Part shown: in pieces, positions 34,619 to 53,415 of the stretch
Position numbering within the stretch: the first letter of the stretch is position 1
Layout: every line of letters starts with the position of its first letter
Notes under the pieces: generated by a model
The model's input: only the letters and a program-made list of their open reading frames with translations
Databases searched by the model: none
Told to the model about the DNA's origin: nothing
Program-made: the position numbers and the translations under genes
Origin: Guillardia theta CCMP2712
Lineage: Eukaryota > Protista > Cryptophyta
Reading direction: 5' to 3'
Assembly (NCBI RefSeq): GCF_000315625.1
Contig: NW_005434578.1
Location: 173,045 to 237,044, forward strand
DNA: 64,000 bases

Positions 34619-34778
34619 GCGCATGCCTTCACTTTCCTCCCCTCTCCCGCTAGCTCACAACATCGAGCATTCCAAAATCAGCAAGGGCGGCAAGCAGTCT
34701 CCGCCGCATGCACGGATCTTGAGTGTTTCACTATGAATAAATCATCGATATACAAGCCTTCCTCTCTCACCCACCTCA

Positions 34779-35939
34779 TCATAGAACTTTGCTGCTGCTC
34801 ACATTCTCACCGCCTGTTCTCGAAGCCAACCATTCTCCTGCTCCTGTCTTGTTCTCGATGGGCCCTGCCGGGTTCGCACTCAATGCCAACCATTGAGTGC
34901 TATACGCTGTGTACAGCAGTAACAAGTAGAGAGGAAAAGATCGCGGGGAGAGAGCGGCTTTCAAGGACCAGAGCCTCTGCAAGTCGACATGATCAGCATT
35001 GTACATAGCAAGAGACGCGACAATGAGAGAAAAGCTCATCCAGAAGCACGACTGGATCCGAGTCCCCATGAGAGCGTTCGCCAGCATTGCTGTCAGAAGG
35101 ATCTCACACGAAGTGGCGAACGCCTTTGTTATCGCGCTGAAGTTCTTGAGCGTGTAGGCTGTGCACAGCCCCCCGCTGACCAGGAGAAAGACGATACACG
35201 CTATGCGCCATGTTACCCGCGTCATCCAATGCGCCGCCCCGCTCCACGAGAGCACAAGAGCGTTGAGCACCGACGACATGGAGTAGAGCACGAAGTTCGA
35301 GCGGTTCATGCTGGAGCTCGTCGCAGGGCTGGCCTTCTTGAGGAGGAGCTCGTTGCAAACCGCCGCGAGGCTTGAGACGGTCGCCTGCAGCAGCACGAAG
35401 AGGAAGTGAGAGGTGCGAAAGGAGGAAAGAATGCCCCTCGATAGCTTGTCGCAGTCTATGTTTGCAAGCGCGCAGCCCAAGGTGAGGATGATCAGAGACG
35501 TCAGAACTCGCAGAGTGATGGCCTTGTTGAAGAGGATGGACCAGAAGAGAGCGGTGATGAGGATCTTGATATTCATGAGGATTGTGTAAGTTTGTGGCTC
35601 GTAGTTGGCCAAGTTCGAGAACGTCAGCAGGTTGCAAGCTGTGTACAGGAAGGCAGGAACGACCATCTTCCAGTCATGGTGCAGGAACGCATGATACAGC
35701 TGCTGCTGCAGCGGCTGCTTTTCCAGCCTACTCTCGATGGTGAACATGGCGAAGGAAACAGCAGCTTTGAGGATCTCCGAAAGCAGCACGAGGGACGATG
35801 GTTCATAGTCGAAGCTCCTCCCCCGGGTCGTCTGCTTGATCAGGACTGCAAGGAGGCTGAAGATGAGGACGTAGAGTATGAGTGGCGCATACTTGCTCCC
35901 CGTACTCCCTCCCCCTCCTCCCATCCCATCCCTTCCCAT
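34779..35939 (-). CDS. Nucleotide-sugar transporter (SLC35A; CMP-sialic acid/UDP-galactose transporter family), intronless
   Basis: SSLVLLSEILK, VPAFLYTACNLLTF, TYTILMNIKILITALF, SSLAAVCNELLLK, GGLCTAYTLKNFSAITKAFA; multiple TM helices. Confidence 0.9.
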   Translation of the reverse strand: MGRDGMGGGGGSTGSKYAPLILYVLIFSLLAVLIKQTTRGRSFDYEPSSLVLLSEILKAAVSFAMFTIESRLEKQPLQQQLYHAFLHHDWKMVVPAFLYTACNLLTFSNLANYEPQTYTILMNIKILITALFWSILFNKAITLRVLTSLIILTLGCALANIDCDKLSRGILSSFRTSHFLFVLLQATVSSLAAVCNELLLKKASPATSSSMNRSNFVLYSMSSVLNALVLSWSGAAHWMTRVTWRIACIVFLLVSGGLCTAYTLKNFSAITKAFATSCEILLTAMLANALMGTRIQSCFWMSFSLIVASLAMYNADHVDLQRLWSLKAALSPRSFPLYLLLLYTAYSTQWLALSANPAGPIENKTGAGEWLASRTGGENVSSSKVL

Positions 35940-36067
35940 CCCTTCCCTTCCCTTCCCTGCCCTGCCCTGCCCTGCCCCACCTGCTCTCTATTCCTCCACG
36001 ACGATTATTGCTACCCGTCCTTTCGACTGGTTTAGGACCCCACCCCTATAGAGGAAGAGTGCCACAA

Positions 36068-41462
<5,395 letters not shown>

Positions 41463-41487
41463 AGAGCAAAGGGTGCATATAGACAAA

Positions 41488-41620
41488 TGTAGATAATGAT
41501 ATGATTGTAATTTTACACTTGAAGTTAGTTGAATCTCATGTAGATATGACATTGTAATTTTACACTTGAAGTTAGCTGAATCTCATGTAGATACGATATT
41601 GTAATGTAATACTTGAAGAC
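41488..41620. repeat. ~48-bp AT-rich tandem repeat x ~2.5
   Basis: ATTGTAATTTTACACTTGAAGTTAG(T/C)TGAATCTCATGTAGAT is repeated. Confidence 0.85.
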
Positions 41621-42429
41621 GCGTATCTCGAAACATCTCATCTCTTCCCATCCCCATTCAATCCAACCTCCTGTTGTCTCGCTTCGTCTCAGATGAGATC
41701 TTATCTTGTCAGAATGTCCTTCAACCATGAATTGCTTCTGCCACTTGTTGCCCTCGCATCCTTTCTTCTTTTTTCAAGTCTTGCTCTTCATCTTCTTTTG
41801 TTTGTTTCACCGTCTCATCGTCATCCAATCTCATGATTATTCACTCGAGCCCTTCTACTTTATCCTTGATCCCTGCGTCTCCCTCGCCCTGTTTCAAAAG
41901 CCTGTCTCTCCCTCCCTCCCNNNNNNNNNNNNNNNNNNNNNNNNNNNNNNNNNNNNNNNNNNNNNNNNNNNNNNNNNNNNNNNNNNNNNNNNNNNNNNNN
42001 NNNNNNNNNNNNNNNNNNNNCCCTCCCTCCCTCCCTCCCTCCCTCCCTCCCTCCCTCCCCTCCCTCCCTCCCTGCATCGCTCGCTCGCTTCAATCCTCCT
42101 TTTCTTCCTCCATTCCTTCCTTCCTTCCCAGGAATAACTTCAACCATGTCCTTGCTTCCTTCAACTCCAATTTGATTGCAAATTCTTGCCAGCCCTCCAC
42201 TCAAGACCTTTACCTCTTGTGGTCAATCTATCTACCAACTCCTTCTATCTACCAACTCCCTCTGCCCCTGCCCCTGCCTCTGCCCCTGCCCCTGCCCCTG
42301 CCCTGCTTCTCCTGCTGCTTCTTGGTATGCCCCTACCTCCTCTCCTGGCCCCTCCTCTGCGTATCCCCCTCCTCCGCTCGGTTTTCCCCTCCCTCCCTTC
42401 CCTCTTCGTGCATTGCGAAAAGGTCAGCG

Positions 42430-42555
42430 GTTAAACTGTGGGATACCCAGTAGGTCCGTGAGACTGTCTGAGCGAACCGCATGGCACAAAAGGGGGCACA
42501 TGCGAGAAGGGACGGCGGGGGCAGGAGGAGGAGGAGGGGGAGAGAGAGGGGGAAA

Positions 42556-42587
<32 letters not shown>

Positions 42588-43583
42588 AGGGCGTAGAGGC
42601 ATGGAGCGGAAGTAGAGTCGCCTCAACATGGCGGGCAGGAAAGGGAGGAGATCTGAAGTTTTTCCTCCCATTCCAACAAACTCACGGGGATCTTGTAGAC
42701 GCAGGCAGACGAGCGAGAGAAAATGACGAAGATGAAGTACATGGTGAGATTCCGTCTCTCCTCCCTCCTCCTCAACCTTCCCGCAGCCTCCTCCCTCCAA
42801 GAGGCTCAGCCCCCTCGACCCTCCTTACGCCATCAGGACGCTACAGCAGGAGCTGGTAGGAGGCGCGTCTGCGAGCGTGAGTTGACATGGTGATGGACAG
42901 GATCCGATGGTGGAGGGGATCCTTGCTTCCTCCGTCCAGCTGCCCAAGTCTACAACTCACGGGCATTCAGGAAGGCCCCTGTGCGAGCCGATGATCACCC
43001 CTCACTCTCCCCAGACCAACAACGGGTGGGGCTCCGGCCGTGCTCGCGTCCTCAGTTCTGATCGATCCTCAGGTACGCTCGCAACTCTCTAGGAGGATTC
43101 TTCACCACGTGAAAGAACGCGCAATCCAGCCCTCCTCCTGTACTCCCAACTTAACCCCGCTACTTCCCTAGGAATGAACCTCCTCATGTCTTGCCCTCCT
43201 GCCTGCCATGGCAGGGAAAAAATCTTGCATCTCGAGTCGCTCGTGGAGCGTTAAGGAGCCCTACCCCATAGCAGCGTCGTATCGCTTCACCAGCCCGCCG
43301 TCGTGGGAGAAGGGAAGGTAGTGCCTCCGCGTGAGCTCCCGCAGCCCGTCGACCCACACCGGGACGGTAGTGAGCCACACGAGGGAGCAGATGACGAGGC
43401 CGCCGACTGAGTCTGCATGCCGCGAGCCCGGGAAGGAGCCAAACCTGTGAGCGTATGAGATGGTGACGTCACGAGCTTGCCTCCGCCACTCACTTGACGA
43501 TGAGACCGCACACGAGGACGATGATGGAGCCTAAGACGTCTTGAGCCGTGTGTAGCCACCTTCGAGCACACGTCAGACATGCC

Positions 43584-43626
<43 letters not shown>

Positions 43627-44731
43627 GGAAGCAGCAGCAGCAAGAAGCAGAAGCAGGGGCTCACAGAGCGTAGATGTTCATGTCGCGTTGCAGCTGCTCC
43701 TCTTGGAAACTTGGGCTGGGCTGCCATGGCTCTCAGCGATCTCCTCATCGTCCTCCTCTCCCTCCTCTCCTCTCTCGTCCTCCTCCTCCTCCTGGAGACA
43801 TGCATGACCTGCAGGCGAGAGGAGCTCGTTGATCCTCCTTGGTACAAGCCTTCTTCTTCACAGCACTCCTTCTTCGCGTGCGCATGTCCATGGCCGTGCC
43901 CGTGTCCGTGTCCGTGTCCATGGCCATGGCATCCGCCATGCGCTGCATCGCAAGAATCGTCAACCGTCAGTTCATCCTCCACACTGGGTAACTGATCTGA
44001 ATGGCAAGGAAGACCTCCGTGCGAGTGTCCGTGCCCTCCAAGGCTGAACATTGCCGCGGCGTTGAGGACGATGCCGAGGACGGCGACCACGAAGTATGCG
44101 GTGCCGATGTGAGCAATCTCCTTGGTGTGTGGGGAGACGAACAGTCTTTGAAACGCCTCCATCCCCGCAAAGAACGTCAGCACGAGCGTCGTCGTGCATG
44201 TCACCATCCCCCCCAGCACCCCGATCCTGTGGCTCTCCGCGCCCCCTGCGAGCTGGGCTCGGTTGGTGATGATGGCTATCCCGTAGGTTCCAGCATCCGC
44301 GAGGTTGTGGAACCCATCGCTCAGCAGCGTGATCGAGTTCATCTGAGCGCCGAACACAATCTCACTGCCGCCAAATGCTTAGAGCGTGAGGGGTCAAGGC
44401 AACATGTCTGCACCTGACACTGAAGGCCAGCGTGAGGCCGCCGAAGAACCAGAGCTGGTGTGAGATATGGAGGCCATGCACAGGATGCGATCCTGTCATC
44501 TCTACTCCTCTGTCTCGTCTTTCTCCCTGGCAAGGAGCTCCAGCCCTACCGTGACCTCGTCCTCCGCAACAGCGTTCAAACCACCTCCTTTCCAAGGGTG
44601 CCTCGAGGCTCCTAGGCCTCCTCCCCCACTTTCATCTCTCCTCCTCTTCCTCTCTCAACGATCGTCTCACGCTACAAGCTGCTCCCCTTCCTGCTCGTCA
44701 GCCCCTCCTCCTCCTCCGCTCCCCCTGCATC
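42430..44731 (-). CDS. Cation diffusion facilitator (CDF/SLC30, ZnT-like) metal transporter, multi-exon
   Basis: NSITLLSDGFHNLAD (TM2 HxxxD), His/Gly-rich loop (HG)n, DMNIYAL|WLHTAQDVLGS (TM5 HxxxD), ADSVGGLVI; ends approximate. Confidence 0.85.
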
Positions 44732-44846
44732 AGCGCCCAACACGCATGACGCTGCATGGACCAACCAAGAAGCCCGCCTCAGAATACAAGGTGTGCCTCA
44801 TAAGGCAGGCTGAGCTCAATGTCAATCACGATGAGCAAGCAGGACT

Positions 44847-45740
44847 CAAGGGGAAACAAGGAGCATGCGGAGTGTGGCAGTGGAGTGAGGATAGCTTCGG
44901 GTGTGGAGAGGTAGCAAGGCATGGGAAAGCTTCTGATAGTGCGCTGTTGTATGCAAGTTTAATCCGTTATCTTACATGCAAGGGCCTCTAGCAGACTCCT
45001 TCATACCTCCTTCCTCATACTGTACATGCCGACATCTCTCCAAGTCTTGTCTGTTTGATTGCTCTGCTCCACTCTCGTCCTCAAGCATCCCGTCTCCTCC
45101 ATCCCTGCGCTTGACCTGCCGCCTTCTCCTGGCGCTGAGATGTGACAACAATGTGTCCTTGCGCTCGAGCCTCCTCGAATGAGGCAAGGAGCTCTGATTG
45201 GATACGAGCCAAGCAGCGACGGCAGTTGCAGCTTGTCATCTGATGGGCTGAGTGCTGCATCAGTATGCAGCCGCTCGCCATGACTTGCGGTCTTCTCTGC
45301 TCGCCAACTGCGGTCATCCGAGCAGAATCGTTGGGGGCTCGTAAGCTGCGAGCTGGGGAGGCTGGAGGATGCGTCTTCATGATGAGCTCGCTGTGGCGTC
45401 TGCGAGGGACCTGTTTCGATGGCCGAGCGCATTCGCCCAGCCTCTTCTCCGACATGTCTGATCGCAAAGGGTCCCATGACACAACAGCGCTCAAGACTTT
45501 GTAGAGGTTGGAGATGGCGACTTGGAGAGTGAGGAGGAGCCCAACCTTGGTCTTGCCTGCCAAGAGAGAGTGCGAGGATGCGTCGCCATTGATCAGGAGG
45601 TCGACAAGAGAAGGCATGCTGGTGCTGCTGCTGCGCGTGGTGGTGCTAGTGCGCGTGTTGGTGCAGTGGGCCTGGTCTAGTCAAGTAAAGGGCAAAGGGG
45701 TTTACTACAGGAGTATTTTACTACAGAGATCGGAGATCAA
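44847..45740. repeat. 894-bp direct repeat, copy 1 (carries a 178-aa minus-strand ORF at 45081-45617)
   Basis: Near-identical to 46535-47428 (offset 1688), with only scattered substitutions. Confidence 0.95.
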
Positions 45741-46534
45741 AAACAAAAATGGCCAGGAGCCTCCGCTCCAGGAGTTATAAGGTTTTATATAGACCAAAAG
45801 TCTCCTGCGGTTTGTGAGGGTCCAAAGTTAAGTTTACTAGTGAGCTTATATGATAGTAGTGGTAACACGGGGAGAAGAGAAGAGACAAGCAACCCTTATC
45901 CGCCCCACTGCTGCTATGCCCCTGGCAAACTTGAAACTGATACTGGTCTCTTCACTGCGCCGCGCGCAGGACCATTCCCTCGCCGGCGTGCGTGCCAGCT
46001 CACTCCGCCATGTACGGTCGGGCTGTGGCCGCCGCCGAAGGAATGAGACGCATACAGTACCGGAACGCACCTGCGATTATGGCAGCGAAGGACAGGGAGG
46101 CCTTGAGCTGACGAAAGATGCTGGACCGGATGCGGCAGTTTTCAAGTCGGATCACCTGACTCCGACATCTTGCAAGGCCGCTAAGAGGCCATCCAGCGCT
46201 GCCGTTCCCTTGTTCGCCGAGCGGTCTGCCAGCCACCACAGAACTTTCGAAAGCGCAACTCATCATCCTGGAACTTCCGAGTCCATCATCAGTACTGGCG
46301 ATGATGGGAAGAAAGGCCTTTGGCGGGACGTGCTGAGCATATTCATTTCCATGCCCTCGGATCTTCCTCTGTGCTGCTGCTTACAGCAAGTTTGCTCCGA
46401 GTCAGGTCCGGAACCCCATAATAGTCACAGTTTCAAAAACATGTGACATGCTCAAGTCCAGGAAAAATCGGCCTCCAGTAGCCTGCATTGGCACCAAAAA
46501 CCAGAAGGGGGAGGGCAGCAAGGGGAAAGGGCAG

Positions 46535-47428
46535 CAAGGGGAAACAAGGAGCATGCGGAGTGTGGCAGTGGAGTGAGGATAGCTTCGGCTGTGGAGAGGT
46601 AGCAAGGCATGGGAAAGCTTCTGATAGTGCGCTGTTGTATGCAAGTTTAATCCGTTATCTTACACGCAAGGGCCTCTGGTAGACTCCTTCATACCTCCTT
46701 CCTCATACTGTACATGCCGCCATCTCTTCGAGTCTTGTCTGTTTGTCTGCTCTGCTCCACTCTCGTCCTCAAGCATCCCGTCTCCTCCATCCCTGCGCTT
46801 GACCTGCCGCCTTCTCCTGGCGCTGAGATGTGACAACAATGTGTCCTTGCGCTCGAGCCTCCTCGAATGAGGCAAGGAGCTCTGATTGGATACGAGCCAA
46901 GCAGCGACGGCAGTTGCAGCTTGTCATCTGATGGGCTGAGTGCTGCATCAGTATGCAGCCGCTCGCCATGACTTGCGGTCTTCTCTGCTCGCCAACTGCG
47001 GTCATCCGAGCAGAATCGTTGGGGGCTCGTAAGTTACGAGCTGGGGAGGCTGGAGGATGCGTCTTCATGATGAGCTCGCTGTGGCGTCTGCGAGGGACCT
47101 GTTTCGATGGCCGAGCGCATTCGCCCAGCCTCTTCTCCGACATGTCTGATCGCAAAGGGTCCCATGACACAACAGCGCTCAAGACTTTGTAGAGGTTGGA
47201 GATGGCGACTTGGAGAGTGAGGAGGAGCCCAACCTTGGTCTTGCCTGCCAAGAGAGAGTGCGAGGATGCGTCGCCATTGATCAGGAGGTCGACAAGAGAA
47301 GGCATGCTGGTGCTGCTGCTGCGCGTGGTGGTGCTAGTGCGCGTGTTGGTGCAGTGGGCCTGGTCTAGTCAAGTAAAGGGCAAAGGGGTTTACTACAGGA
47401 GTATTTTACTACAGAGATGGGAGATCAA
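46535..47428. repeat. 894-bp direct repeat, copy 2 (carries a 178-aa minus-strand ORF at 46769-47305)
   Basis: Near-identical to 44847-45740. Confidence 0.95.
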
Positions 47429-47589
47429 GAAGTGCTACTAGTGTTTTATCTGGAGCTAAGTCTCCTTTATATTGTACCTGCTTCGACCGGGCTGTGTAGT
47501 AAAACTTCTTTTTGATAATTTTTTTTGGCAAGTGATGAGGGTCGGTGAGTCTTTTACTCAACGATAAGTAAACAATCAGTACGAGGACA

Positions 47590-48200
47590 ATCAGGATAGT
47601 TTTATAATACTATGATAAAAGACTGACTCGGCGGCGCGTCGGTCGTGACACCGATGGCCCGGCCCGCCGCGGGCCTGGCCGGCGCCTGGCCGGCAGGTGC
47701 CACGGTGAGAGCAATCGGATTCTTTGAGTAACATAAAAGCCCGTGATCGGATCCGGTTCCGAGACCGGGCCGTGCCTGGCACTGCTCAGTGACACTGACC
47801 GGACTGCGGCACCGGCGCCGCGGGCAGCAACTTTGAGTAAAAAGGGCAAGGTCACCAGTACGGTCAGGCCGCGGGGCCCCGCTTCAGATAACTTCTACTG
47901 GCAGGCACTGTTACTCTCAGAGTCTTGAAAATCGGGCGGCCGGGCCGGGGTAGTAGTTGCCCGGTGTGGCAGTCGGCGGCCCGGACTCTGGCATGTCACA
48001 GTGTGGCCACTGGCGGCCGGGCGCATTTCAGTATCGGAGGACTAGTATTGTTGTGCCAGTGACCATGATCATACTAGGGCGAGTCCGCCACGATGTGGGA
48101 TGAGGCGAGTGAAAGAGGCCCGGGACTCGCGTGGCACTCAGGCCTGGCAGTGCCACCCGGTGACCGGGCCCCGCCGGCGCCGGTCGCCGGACCGTGCACA
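47590..48200. other. GC-rich micro-duplication island 4, immediately upstream of ODR-4
   Basis: CCGG/GGCC-dense; TTTGAGTAAA at 47832, TTTGAGTAAC at 47723; TTTACTCAAC at 47553 just outside the island. Confidence 0.6.
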
Positions 48201-48284
48201 GAGGTAGGAAGAACTATTGCAGGGCCTTCTTTAAGTGATCAACGAACTGTACTGCCAAAAGTTCATCAACCTCGAAAAACCAGA

Positions 48285-50100
48285 ATGCGGGTGGTGGTAG
48301 CGGCGGCTGGGGCGGTGGAGGAGGAGATGGGGAGGAGGTTCGAGAGGAAGGAGCTGGTGGGGACAGGGATTCTTGTTGGGAGAATGACTCCTCAGAGAGA
48401 CACGGTCCTCTTCTTCATCCCCACTCCTGACATGGGCGGTAAGTGCGACTTTCATGTTTCTGCTCTGTCCAATGCATTCGTGCTTCATAGTTCTTGTCAG
48501 TCCTATGCCACGCGTCCTTTGCCTCCTCCTCACGATAATGATTCGTGTGTAGATGAGAAGGGAACGTGGTCCTCTGTCGACGAAAGTTGGATGTTCGAAC
48601 ATGCTCGGGAAGTTCAGAGGATGCTGCCGGGAGGGCTGATGGTGATGGGAATCTACTTTTTCTGCCCGACGGATCAGGTTCGATGCTGAGAATCAGTTGA
48701 ACAAAGGATGACATGCATACCTCCCTCCTCCCTCCTCCCTCCTCCCTCCTCCCTCCTCCCTCCTCCCTCCTCCCTCCTCCCTCCTCCCTCCTCCCTCCCT
48801 CCCTCCCTCCCTCCCTCCCTCCTCCCTCCCTCCCTCCTCCCTCCTCCTTCCTCCCTCCTCCCTCCTCCGCGCCCCCCCGACGTGCCTCTATGAATGACTC
48901 AGCTGACCTGCTCGAAAAGGTGGGCGCTAAGGCGAACATGGCTTTCTCCACCTTGCGGAGGCTGGCACGAGTGCAGTCAACGATCTGCTTCCTGGTATCA
49001 TGACGACGACGACTATGGAGATGATGGAGATTATTTTGAAGTTGATGATCATGATGATGATGATGAGGAGGAGGAGGAGGAGGAGAAGGACTTTGACATG
49101 GACGATGATGGAGAGAAGGATTAATGTTGATGTGATGATGATGATGATGATGCCTGCGTCAGTGTGTTCGTGGGGGGATCAGTTTATGATCTGTTTTACA
49201 TCTCATATGGCTTCTTGTCCTGCTTTCCTCACGATCTTCGAGTCTCTTCGTAACGAGATCGGCAGGACGAGCAGGAGGAGAGCGAGATCGGGGCTGAGCG
49301 ACTCTTCTTCCATATGTGCTCCAAGACCAGGAAGAGCACCTGCAAGGTACAAGAAGCCCCTGCTGCTCTCCCTCCTGCTGCACCCGACCAGTGCTACCTG
49401 ATGATGCGTTCTCCTTCCCTCATCCTCTGCTTCTCATCCCTCCTCTCGTCTCTGCGTGTCTTCTCCGACTCCGCTGCCGTCTCTTTCATCCCTCACATCC
49501 TCGACAGGCGTACAACGTGAAAGATTCGTCCAAAGGCAGCCATCCTGCTGAGCTCAAGGTACTTGTCTGCTGTCTTCCTGCCTCCTCTTCTTATCTCCCT
49601 GCTGGACTTCTCCCTCCCTCACTCCCTCACTCCCTCACTCACTCACTCACTCACTCACTCACTCGCTGCTTGATCCGTTGCTCTGTGCTGCCCTCCTCCA
49701 TCGCATCCTTGCTGAACTCTCTCCCTTCTTCAATCATTCAATCTGCCATGCTGCTCATATCCGCATCAGCTTCAGGGCGATGTTTTCTCAGGCTTTGTTG
49801 GAGTCAACAGCAGGTAGAGGAGGAGGATGGCGAGGGAGATTGTTGGGGGTCTTGATGGAGTGAGATAAGCACCAAACAAGGACGGGACAGGGACAGGGAC
49901 ACTGGCGGGGGTGGGGATGAGGGATGAGGAGGAGGAGATAGGAGGGGCATCGAAGGTTCAAGGTCCTGACTTATCTTTTCCGTTTAGTTTTCACTTCTCG
50001 ATGTCCGTCAGCATCCCGCGGGTGGAAGAGGCGACCAAGAGCGGGAAGCTGAACAGCCTGTTGGAAGGGAAGGTGATGATAGCGAGGACGAGGGCGAGGA

Positions 50101-50155
<55 letters not shown>

Positions 50156-51536
50156 AAGGACGAGGATGGGACAGGAAGGGAGGAAACTTGAGACGCACGG
50201 GAAGGAAAGAAGGAGGAGCTCCACGAGCTAAAATGTGGCACCAAGCAAGACGATCAGGAGGATGAGTAGAAACAGAGATGCCTAGAAGCCAGGGAGGAGA
50301 GAGGATGTTATTGAGGGGTATAGAGAAGCCTAGAAGGGAGGAGAGAGGACGGTATGGTGGGGTGTTGGTCGAGGGGAGGGGGGGGGGGGGGGCAAGAAGA
50401 GGATGAGAGCGCTGACTACTAGCGCAGGTTCGCGAGAAACTTTCCTGCATCTCCAGTTGCATCTCCACCATCGACGATACGCTCGTGAGCTCGGAGCCGC
50501 TTGTCGGGGGCGGGAAGGGAGGGAAGGGGAAGCAAGGGAAAGCAGGTCAGGACAACCAGCTCCTTGCTGTTGGGTGGTGACGTGAAGGAAACAGACAAGT
50601 CCAGCAAGGGCGGAGCTGAGCCGCAGGAGCTGGAGCTAAGACTGTTCTCTCCTGCTGGCTCCGGTCTGCACTCTGGACTCCCAGTCGGGGTCGGAGAGGA
50701 GGAGGAGGAGGGGGGGGGGGAGGAGGCCCTTCATATCTCTGGGGAGATCATGAGTTACGGGATTGTGATGGGATCGGAAAGCTCGATAATGGCTGAGCGG
50801 GTAACCAACAGCTCTTGTTGTGTTGCTGCTCCGCTCTGCCTTCTCCCTCCTCACCCGACCCTCCTCTCCCTCTCCTCCCCCCCACTCCTCCCCGTTCTTT
50901 TCCTCGTCTCTCCTCCTCCTCTTTTCCTTTCCTCTTTCAAATCTCTCTTCCTCTTCTTATCCTCCCCTCCTCTATCCTCCACTAACACCTCTCTCCTCCA
51001 CTCGCTCACCCTCCCCTTGACTGCTGGACGTCAGGCCATCAAGCAGGACCTCGTCGCCACCATCTCGCACAGGTTTGCGCCGCTTCGTTGCAGTCTCCAG
51101 CTGACTGCCAGCAGGGTCTCGATGCTCCTGGAGGAATGGGAGCTGCAGGCGTCGGAGAAGGTCAGGAGCTTCCCAGCTCGAGTCCAGCTCTGAGCTGCAG
51201 CAGGGGAGCAAGAGCGTGCTTGAGGAGGCCGTGAGCAAGGGGAAGGCTTCCTCCTGGATCCTCCCCAGCCGCCTCTGCTTCCCGCTGGTGAGTCCGACAT
51301 GGAGACTGCGAAGTGGAAGAAAACAGGCAGCGAGGAAGTGAAGGAGGAGAAAGTGGTAGTGGCGATAGGGATGGACGAGGAGGACGAGGCGCGGCAGAAG
51401 CAGGAGCATGAGCAAGAGCAGGAGAAAGGAGCAGGAGCAGGAGCAGGGGCAGGAGGATCAGTAAGAGCACGAGCAGGAACACGAGCATGAGCACGAGGAG
51501 CAGGAGCAGGAAGCAGCAGCAGCAGCAGCAGCAGAG

Positions 51537-51572
<36 letters not shown>

Positions 51573-52297
51573 GGCAGGTGAAGCAGGAGCAGTTGACGGG
51601 CCCTCAGAACGGCGTCATCAAGTTCTTCGCGCATGTCATGCCCGGCGACAGTCCCAGCGATGCTCTTGAAAGTCTCCAGCAGATGCTGCCAAGCATCGTT
51701 GCTGTGCAGGTGACCTGCCCCTCTCCCTCTCCCTCTCCCTCTCCCTCTCCCTCTCCCTCTCCCTCTCCCTCTCCCTCTCCCTCTCCCTCTCCCTCTCTCT
51801 CCCTCACCTTCTCTTCTTCTTGCCCCTCTTCTCTTCCCTGCCCTTCCCCCCCTCTCCTTGTGTTGTTGTTCGTCTCCTCTTGCTCCCTTCAGCCTTCCTC
51901 ACGCAAGCGGCAGAACGTCAACGATCCGGACAGCTTCTTCGTTGCTCGTGAGAATGTTCGTGCCGCTCCTTCCCCTCCTCCCAGTGAGCCTGCAGCTCCT
52001 TGATCTCCTCGTCCTGACGATAGGGCAGCCAAAGCAAGGCCCCAAGGAGGAGCAGCAGGAGCAGCAGCTGGGTCCGAGAGCGCTGGGCAGGCGGCAGGAG
52101 GAGGAGGCATGCTGGGAGTGTTGATCATCGAGCTAGTCTGACCTGATGGCAGGGGGTAACGGCATGTGGAAGTACGTCGCTGTAGGAGGTGAGAGGAGAG
52201 GACGAGGCCCAGCTGCGGTCGAGCTGAGAACGTGGGTGCAGGAGTGGTGGCCTTGTACGGGCTCGAGATGATCTTTGACTTCTTGCCCTTCATTTGA
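48285..52297 (+). CDS. ODR4: ODR-4 homolog (ER tail-anchored protein), multi-exon
   Basis: GILVG..RDTVLFFIPTP, VDESWMFEHAREVQRMLPGGLMVMGIY, LFHMCSKTRKSTCK, HPAELK, AIKQDLVATISHR, LPSRLCFP; C-terminal hydrophobic anchor. Confidence 0.85.
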
Positions 52298-52350
52298 AGA
52301 AATAAACAAGAGAACGACAGCTGGAGGGAGAGAAGAGGAAGAGAGGGAGG

Positions 52351-52388
<38 letters not shown>

Positions 52389-52499
52389 GAGGGAGGGAGA
52401 AGTAGTTGCAGCCGGAACCGCAGGGAAACGGAGGGAGGGAGTGGAAGGGGGGGAGGAAGTGGTGGAGAGGGAGAAGTAGGACGTGCTGGTAGGGGAGAT

Positions 52500-53342
52500 C
52501 GGCTTATACGCTGATGACTGACTTTGACTTGAGCCGAATCCTCTTGCTGGCCTCCAGCAGACCCTCCTTCCTCCTGTGAGCTGGTCAGTCGAGAGGCGCA
52601 GAGGAGGCAGCTGGCGACATTAGGCTCTCGAGCACGGGTGTCGTGTCGAAGACCCACAGGGTCAGGGTTGACGGCCCCTCCTTGCTGCCCTGTCACGTGA
52701 GACGTCACGTGCTGCTATCACTTCTCAGCTCGTCAACCTGTCGAGATCTGCCCAGCAGCTGCTCGACAGTGCGGCGGAAACGCTGGTGCTGCGTTTGGAT
52801 CTAGAGCCACATTTCGCAGCTCAGCAAGGTGGGGGTGGGAGGGGGAACGAGGAGGGGGGGAGGTGGACGCACCTGGCGGCGAGTCAGCACGTGTCCACTT
52901 TGACGCCTCTGGTCGTTGGCCTGCCACGAGTTTCACATCTGGTCGGCCAACGAACCAGCAGGCACAACCCGCAAACATGCGTCCAGCTCGGCCTCTGCTG
53001 CCAGGATGACGACTTTGAAGTTCGGGGAGGCTTCACAGGGCCCAGCAGGGGACCCAGCAGAGCAGTTGTTGACAATGTCAATGTACTTGTCAACCTGCAG
53101 CCAACGTCAGCGGCAGCTTCGCAACGTGGGCAGCTGAACACCTGCTGGAAGCTTGTCATCGTCTTCTCCATTACCATGTGCCTCCTGCGCCTGACCCCGA
53201 GCTGGTGAAGGGAGTGTGAGGAGGGGAAGGCTGCTCTGCAACTTCACCAGGAACATCTCGTCCGCCAGAAAGATTGACTCGCTGAGTACCAGGAGTGAAC
53301 GCCACAAAAAGGGAGGAGAGTACGAGGACAGTACGGAGAAGA

Positions 53343-53415
<73 letters not shown>

